Below, one piece after another: positions 58,522 through 64,000 of a DNA stretch of 64,000 nt (position 1 is its first letter; the number at the start of each line of letters is the position of its first letter). The notes below the pieces were generated by a model. That model was given only the letters and a program-made list of their open reading frames with translations. It was not told the DNA's origin and made no database searches. A program made the position numbers and the translations under genes. This DNA comes from an uncultured Pirellulaceae bacterium (GTDB lineage Bacteria; Planctomycetota; Planctomycetia; Pirellulales; Pirellulaceae). The stretch is taken from contig CALDHM010000022.1 in the NCBI GenBank assembly GCA_937941455.1, forward strand, positions 76,335 to 140,334, read 5' to 3'.

Positions 58522-58642
58522 GACATCTACCTCCCGAAGCAAGAAATCAAACAACTCGACACGAAACTAACTTGGCGATACCGACGCAGTGCCGTGTGTC
58601 TCTGAAACAGGGTGGGCTTTGCGTCGGCCCGCATCGATATTA

Positions 58643-58658
58643 AGCAAACGGTGTGCCA
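58643..58658 (-). promoter_or_regulatory. Candidate sigma-54 -24/-12 promoter (TGGCAC-N5-TTGCT) upstream of hsp20
   Basis: The minus strand reads TTGGCACACCGTTTGCT, which matches YTGGCACGrNNNTTGCW at all core positions with exact spacing. It lies about 120 nt upstream of the hsp20 ATG. Confidence 0.6.
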
Positions 58659-58791
58659 ATTAATGGTGTACGAAAGACCCAAGAAAATCCCGCGTTTTCC
58701 GCAGTATTTGCAGTAGTCAGCCTGACAAGTTGGCAACCTTGCAGGGTGACAAAAATTCGGCAAAAAAATTCGACAGGCGGCGCTCTGCCAA

Positions 58792-59757
58792 TCAGGTTTT
58801 CCAGACGGCTTCGAGCGATTTCCAGAACAACGAATACCCGTTGAAAAAAGCGTGTGCCGCGATGCACGGCCACAGAGATTTGGTTTTAATGAAGAGCCAA
58901 CCCAGGAACATGCTCAAAAAAAAGAGCGAAACAGGCGCAGCCCCCTGACCCCAGTGTACTAGAGCGAACACAACCGAGACGGCGACCAAACCGAGCATCA
59001 TTCCAGGTTGCCGCTGGTCTGTTGTCGCATCGTCCTCCACAATTCCGCGTTGTGCCCGGCCAAGTGGCGTCACCTTGACGAGGTTCCCCAAAATCAAATC
59101 CCCGATCAAATTCCTGCTGGCAGCATGCCAGCGGGGATCGAGGCCGACAAACCAATACAACAAAACAGCCCGGTAAAGATACTCCTCCGTAAAAGCGGCG
59201 ACCAATCCGGCACTGAACCACTTGACCAGATGAGCTTCAGCGGTTGCTGCTTGTTCCAGCGATTCCAGCGTGGGATGCTGATAAGGGATCAAACGGCTGA
59301 GGGCAGCATGGAAAATCAACAGCCAGGGCATCACCAGCATCACTCGCTTGATTCCCAACCAGCATTCGCTCCCCCAATCCTGCGGTGACACGACCAGCCA
59401 GCGGCGGATCCACCGCGATTGAGGGAGTAGCAAGGCGAACCCGAGGAGACACCCCAGAACGCTGCCGCAGCCGATCCACCAGACTTTGGTTCGCTCTCCC
59501 AGTTGCGGGAAGACGCTCTCGACAATCGCCAAACCAAGTTGAATGGCAGCCAAAGCCAAAAACAACTCCAGCAGGCCGATCGGTTCAATCGTTCGCTGCG
59601 GCGTCGGCCGCCAAAAATTACGTCCTTCGTCGGTCGCACCAGTCTCCAGCCACAGAAAGACGCTGACGCCACACAAAAAGACGAGCGTCAAAAGTTGCCA
59701 AGCCGCCGGAGTGGTGGCGAGCCAGGATGTGGCGAGCCAGAGATTGTCCACTAGCAT
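58792..59757 (-). CDS. CPBP-family intramembrane glutamic endopeptidase (CAAX protease-like)
   Basis: Polytopic, with motif 1 FTEEYLYRAVLL, motif 2 FALVHW, and motif 3 AAHAFFN. Confidence 0.8.
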   Translation of the reverse strand: MLVDNLWLATSWLATTPAAWQLLTLVFLCGVSVFLWLETGATDEGRNFWRPTPQRTIEPIGLLELFLALAAIQLGLAIVESVFPQLGERTKVWWIGCGSVLGCLLGFALLLPQSRWIRRWLVVSPQDWGSECWLGIKRVMLVMPWLLIFHAALSRLIPYQHPTLESLEQAATAEAHLVKWFSAGLVAAFTEEYLYRAVLLYWFVGLDPRWHAASRNLIGDLILGNLVKVTPLGRAQRGIVEDDATTDQRQPGMMLGLVAVSVVFALVHWGQGAAPVSLFFLSMFLGWLFIKTKSLWPCIAAHAFFNGYSLFWKSLEAVWKT

Positions 59758-59825
59758 GAGCTTCGATTCAAATCCACGAGATTACGGGCAGCCGACACCA
59801 CCAATGATTCGGCGTTCCAAGGACG

Positions 59826-60461
59826 TTAGTTGGAGTTAGGCTCGGACTGACACAAAACCTGCCATGCCGAGCGAATGTAGCCGATCGAGGACTGAAGCGT
59901 CGAAGCGATCATCGACCAAATGAAAATCGCCAGCACCGCAATCAACCAATTCGGCAATCCCCCCCCCTCACTCCGTTGCGCGACCACGAGGGCCATCAAC
60001 CCGGCGCCAGCCGCGATCGATTGCAGCCACATTTTAATCTTGCCCGCCAGTTTCGCGGAGAAATCTCTTCCCGTCTGCTCCATGAATCCCCGGAGGGCGG
60101 TGACGAGCATCTCGCGAGCCATAACCACCACAGCCATCCAACCCGCTATTTTCGCGTACCAAGGAATCGCCAAATCGCGCATCGACACGGCGAGCAATAT
60201 GAAGGTACCGCAAATCAAAATCTTGTCGCAAAAGGGATCGAGAATGCGACCCAGTTGCGTGATCTGCCCATACCGCCGCGCCCACCAACCATCGATCCAA
60301 TCGGAACCTGCGGCGATGACAAACAGGATGAAGGCCGCCACATAGGATTCCAGGGTTATCGCGGCGAACAGCAGCACGCTCAGACCAAGTCGAACCAGCG
60401 AGATGCGATTCGGAATGTTCCAAATTTGAGATGCGGCGGGCTGATCTCGCTTGCCATTCAT
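59826..60461 (-). CDS. pgsA: CDP-alcohol phosphatidyltransferase (phosphatidylglycerophosphate synthase-like)
   Basis: It has the DGx2ARx8Gx3Dx3D signature: DGWWARRYGQITQLGRILDPFCDKI. Confidence 0.8.
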   Translation of the reverse strand: MNGKRDQPAASQIWNIPNRISLVRLGLSVLLFAAITLESYVAAFILFVIAAGSDWIDGWWARRYGQITQLGRILDPFCDKILICGTFILLAVSMRDLAIPWYAKIAGWMAVVVMAREMLVTALRGFMEQTGRDFSAKLAGKIKMWLQSIAAGAGLMALVVAQRSEGGGLPNWLIAVLAIFIWSMIASTLQSSIGYIRSAWQVLCQSEPNSN

Positions 60462-60495
60462 GGTGGCGTGACCTTTCTTTTCTGCAGAATCAAGG

Positions 60496-62034
60496 TCAGG
60501 CTGGGGAACTAAGCATAGGCAAACGAGCGCGGCGGCGCGGCTTGTTCACCGCAGCGGCTACCAGGTCGTACTCCACGAAATCGACGATCTCGGCCAGAAC
60601 AATGTCGCCGGTTTGCAAACGATGATCCGTTTCAGATACGTACACCAGCGAATCGACGTCCGGAGCATCTGCCGGCGTGCGGCCCAACCAAACGCTTCGC
60701 TGCTCAGGATGCGGAGCGTCGATGATGACGTCGACTGTTTGGCCGATACGCGAGCGATTGAATTCAAACGCAAGCTCTTGTTGAATTTGCATCAGCTCCG
60801 CCCGCCGCTGCTCTTTGGTTTCCTCGTCCAAGTGGTCGGGGAGTTTGGCGGACGGCGTATCCGGTTCAATCGAATATGTGAAAACCCCCATCCGCTCGAA
60901 CCGCTGTTGCCGCACGAAGTCGCAGAGACTTTGAAATTGCTCTTCCGTCTCGCCAGGAAAGCCCGTGATGAACGTGGTGCGCAAGACAAGTTGCGGGATT
61001 TTTTCGCGCATTCTCGCGATCAACGCTTCGGTCTCCGCTCGACCGACGCGGCGGGCCATCCGTTTGAGCATGGTGTCATCGGCGTGCTGCAACGGCATGT
61101 CGATGTAAGGCAAAATTTTCCGCGAGCTTGCGATGGTATCCAACAAGCGGTCGTCGATATACATCGGGTAAAAATACATCAAACGGATCCAGTCCAGACC
61201 GTCAACGCGATCCAACTCGGACAGTAATTCCGCCAGGCGAGATTCGCCGTACAAATCGCGCCCGTAATAGGTCGTATCCTGAGCCACGATGATCAGTTCC
61301 CGTACGCCGAACCCGGCTAACTGTTTGGCCTCGGAGATTACATTCTCGATCGGCTTCGTGGCGTGTTTGCCGCGCATCTTGGGAATCGCGCAAAAGGTGC
61401 ACAAGCGATCGCAGCCTTCGGAAATTTTCAGGTAGGCGAAATGCCGGGGGGTGATCTGCAAACGGTGGGTATCAGGAAGCGCCCGAATCGGGGCGGGCTG
61501 AAATACATGCCGCTGCTCTTCGCGATCCCCCAGTAGCCGGTCCGCAATTTTGGTGATTTCTTCGCGGCCGAATACCCCGACCAGCGAGTCGATATCGGGG
61601 CGATCGGCCAAGAGTTGCTCCTTCTGCCGTTCGGCGAGGCAACCGGAGACGATGACACCGCGAGTTTTCCCTTGCCGCTTCAATTCGAGCATTTCGTCGA
61701 TACTGGCGAACGATTCCTCGCGAGCCCGCTCGATGAAGCCGCAGGTGTTGACGATGACGAAGTCGGCTCCCTCGGGGTCACCGACGAGTCGATAGCCGTC
61801 GAGCTTCAACAAGCCCATCATGCGCTCGCTGTCCACCGTGTTCTTGGGGCAGCCGAGACTGACGAAGGCATACGTCCCTTTGCAATCTCGTTCATTCGTT
61901 TGCGGTTGATATTTTTTGGCCAAGCGAGTTCTCTTTTCGAATTCAATGGAGCGCTGGGGAACGACGAATCTACATACCTGCGGCGGCGTCACCGCAAACC
62001 CGCCGAGGTAATCCACCGAAAATTGCCTAGCCAA
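60496..62034 (-). CDS. rimO: Ribosomal protein S12 methylthiotransferase RimO (radical SAM MTTase)
   Basis: N-terminal cluster FVSLGCPKN...NTCGF, radical-SAM CDRLCTFC, and a C-terminal TRAM domain. The real start is probably internal (for example TTG at 61923), because there is no ATG before the MTTase domain. Confidence 0.85.
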   Translation of the reverse strand: MARQFSVDYLGGFAVTPPQVCRFVVPQRSIEFEKRTRLAKKYQPQTNERDCKGTYAFVSLGCPKNTVDSERMMGLLKLDGYRLVGDPEGADFVIVNTCGFIERAREESFASIDEMLELKRQGKTRGVIVSGCLAERQKEQLLADRPDIDSLVGVFGREEITKIADRLLGDREEQRHVFQPAPIRALPDTHRLQITPRHFAYLKISEGCDRLCTFCAIPKMRGKHATKPIENVISEAKQLAGFGVRELIIVAQDTTYYGRDLYGESRLAELLSELDRVDGLDWIRLMYFYPMYIDDRLLDTIASSRKILPYIDMPLQHADDTMLKRMARRVGRAETEALIARMREKIPQLVLRTTFITGFPGETEEQFQSLCDFVRQQRFERMGVFTYSIEPDTPSAKLPDHLDEETKEQRRAELMQIQQELAFEFNRSRIGQTVDVIIDAPHPEQRSVWLGRTPADAPDVDSLVYVSETDHRLQTGDIVLAEIVDFVEYDLVAAAVNKPRRRARLPMLSSPA

Positions 62035-62506
62035 CGGGTGAAGACTAGGCTTCGGTCAAAAACCATCATTCGGAACGCATTAGCGTCCGCTTTTCGCGAG
62101 GACTGCGGGCTTGGGATCCCGCAGTTCACAGGTTTCTACAAAAGTCCTACCGCCGATCGACAGTCGAGCCGCGGTCGGATATTCCCTGATGATGAGAAGT
62201 TTAGCGTATCACCAGCGTTTTCGCGAGTGTTAAGGGCTTGTTTGCCGCAAGGTCGGTCGCAATAACTGTCTGTCTTCCAGGGGTTTGCGAAAAAAGGCTG
62301 CAAACGGCCTAGCGAAGTTCCAGGGAATTCCTAAAATCTTTTCGCTGGTACTGGACCCGTCTAGTCGTCTCGCGGCCATCGCCAAAACTACACGTTAACG
62401 GGCGTTGCTGCGATCGACGTACATCCAGCGTCTTTTGCCAACGGGTTCGGGATGCAAGAGCGATCGCAAACCGAACGATTTAATCACAGGGCTGGCGTTT
62501 TTTTAA

Positions 62507-63283
62507 ATGAGCCACGACAAGCTGGAGTCCTTGCGAACAGCGGCACCAGTTATTTTGCCATCGATGTTGCTTTGCAATTTCGGCAATCTCCAGCGAGAAG
62601 TCGAGCTGTTGGAGCAGGCCGGCATTCGCGGCTATCATCTCGACGTCATGGACGGCGCGTTCGTGCCCAACTTCACGTACGGCATGACCATTGTGGCCGC
62701 GTTCCGCAAGCTCACGTCGCTGCCGCTCGACGTGCACCTCATGATCCAGAATCCGCTGAGGTATATCGACGACTTTGCCGACGCCGGAGCCGATATCATC
62801 ACGTTCCATGCCGAGGCTGTGGACGATCCCCGGCCGGTAATCCAGCGGATTCAAAAGCGGGGATTACCGTGCGGCATCGCGATCAACTCATCGACCCCCG
62901 TCGAGCGGATCGAATCGGTGTTGCCCATGTGCGACTTGGCGCTGCTGATGAGTATCGAGGCGGGCTTTGGCGGACAACCTTTCGAGTCGCACGTCTTGGA
63001 CAAATTCCGCATGGTTCGCGACATCGCGGGATCGCGAATCGCGCTCGAAATCGATGGCGGCATCAATCGCGATACGATTGGACTGGCCGCTGAGGCCGGA
63101 GCTGAATTGCTGGTGGTTGGTTCGGCCATTTTCCGCCAAACCAATTATCAGGCAGCGATTAACGAACTGAACAACGTCGTCGTCGGCCGACGGACGATGC
63201 CTCCGACCAGCGGTCCGACAATGAGAGCCAATCTTCATGCGGCAGCTCGGACCATCCAAACGAACGATCAACTAGAGAACTGA
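62507..63283 (+). CDS. rpe: Ribulose-phosphate 3-epimerase (with a C-terminal tail of about 35 aa)
   Basis: ILPSMLLCNFGNL...HLDVMDGAFVPNFTYG, DVHLM, GFGGQ, IEIDGG. Confidence 0.9.
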   Translation: MSHDKLESLRTAAPVILPSMLLCNFGNLQREVELLEQAGIRGYHLDVMDGAFVPNFTYGMTIVAAFRKLTSLPLDVHLMIQNPLRYIDDFADAGADIITFHAEAVDDPRPVIQRIQKRGLPCGIAINSSTPVERIESVLPMCDLALLMSIEAGFGGQPFESHVLDKFRMVRDIAGSRIALEIDGGINRDTIGLAAEAGAELLVVGSAIFRQTNYQAAINELNNVVVGRRTMPPTSGPTMRANLHAAARTIQTNDQLEN

Positions 63284-63301
63284 TTGACTTAACCAAAATC
63301 T

Positions 63302-63889
63302 ATGAACACGATTTTGCCAAACCTTTTACTAATTCGCACACCAGCCACCGAGCTGGACCAGCAAGGGCGCATCTGCGGCAATCTCGACGTGCCACTGTGC
63401 GAAATCGGGCTCCGGCAAGCTCGCGAGACGGCTGCCAACCTTGCGACGCGTGAAGTCGCGATGGTTTATCGAGCCCCGTGCCTGGCCACCCAGCAAACCG
63501 CTGAACTCCTTGCCAAAAACTGGCGCGCTAAAATTCGCGTCGAATACGCGTTGGAAAATGTGGATTTCGGCCTTTGGCACGGACGGCAATGGGCCGAGTT
63601 GAAAGCGAACCAACCGCGACTCTTCAAATTATGGACCGAACATCCGGAAACGATTTGCCCACCTGGGGGAGAACCGATATGCGACGTCCGGGCCCGCATC
63701 GTGTCGTTTTTGGAACGCATCGGCAAAAAGGCAAAAGGCCAAACCGTAGCCATCGTAGCGTCTGCTCCGATTGTCTCGATCGTTTGCAGCGAGTATCGAG
63801 GCGTTCAGCTGCGCCAGCTGTGGTCTTGTCAAAACGCCGATGGTGCGTGGCTCGAACTAGTACCGGCGCAGACGCAACTGGCCCATTGA
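63302..63889 (+). CDS. Histidine-phosphatase (phosphoglycerate-mutase-like) fold protein apparently lacking the catalytic histidines
   Basis: The overall pattern LLLIRxxxT...G...D.PL...G..QA is present, but RHG is RTP and the later SHG position reads ASA. Confidence 0.6.
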   Translation: MNTILPNLLLIRTPATELDQQGRICGNLDVPLCEIGLRQARETAANLATREVAMVYRAPCLATQQTAELLAKNWRAKIRVEYALENVDFGLWHGRQWAELKANQPRLFKLWTEHPETICPPGGEPICDVRARIVSFLERIGKKAKGQTVAIVASAPIVSIVCSEYRGVQLRQLWSCQNADGAWLELVPAQTQLAH

Positions 63890-63925
63890 TGCCTTAACTC
63901 GAGATCTTTTCAGGCAGTACAACGC

Positions 63926-64000
63926 CTACATGATCGAAAAATAATTGTCGACTGCGAAATCCATCAGCTCGTTGGTAATCTCAAACGGCTTCTTGGCGAA
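63926..64000 (-). CDS. 3' end of an unidentified minus-strand CDS running off the window
   Basis: The reverse complement reads ...FAKKPFEITNELMDFAVDNYFSIM-stop (TAG at 63926-63928). Only 24 codons are visible. Confidence 0.25.
   Translation of the reverse strand, partial: FAKKPFEITNELMDFAVDNYFSIM

Noticed and set aside
1-64000. I scanned the whole window for CRISPR arrays, rRNA, tmRNA, transposases or integrases, toxin-antitoxin pairs and known defence-system proteins.
   Set aside because: I found no spaced repeat arrays. The only tRNA-like T-arm is tRNA-Pro. No recombinase, reverse-transcriptase or defence-type nuclease-helicase signatures appear among the ORFs. The window looks like core chromosome, not a mobile or defence island.

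Overview
The window reads as an ordinary chromosomal segment of a Planctomycetota-type genome. This is inferred from family content: two DUF1559 prepilin-like proteins, a dihaem DUF1592/DUF1588-type protein paired with DUF1552, a DUF1501 protein, and many secreted PQQ-like beta-propellers. I call about 50 CDS, one tRNA-Pro(GGG), several hairpin terminators and two near-consensus sigma-54 promoters. I found no rRNA, CRISPR array, transposase, integrase or recognisable defence genes. Housekeeping genes include pyrF, prfC, pyrG, kdsB, rimO, rpe, pgsA, hsp20 and a phosphohexomutase. The main points worth a second look are: (1) an NtrC-type histidine kinase/sigma-54 activator pair lying divergent to a DUF1559 / dihaem-protein / DUF1552 operon that carries an exact-spacing -24/-12 promoter and upstream inverted repeats; (2) a split, animal-like kynurenine-to-2-aminomuconate gene cluster that lacks TDO, 3-HAA dioxygenase and the meta-cleavage genes but includes an unassigned SDR; (3) a roughly 580-bp non-coding region with two 31-nt palindrome-centred direct repeats followed by a hairpin+T8 terminator, a candidate sRNA or regulatory module; (4) a sigma-54 promoter in front of hsp20; (5) a divergent, insertion-bearing RNase HII-like protein; (6) an ALDH7-type dehydrogenase translationally coupled to a DUF1501 protein. 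All functional calls come from motif recognition by eye. No database search or folding computation was run, and most start codons are inferred.
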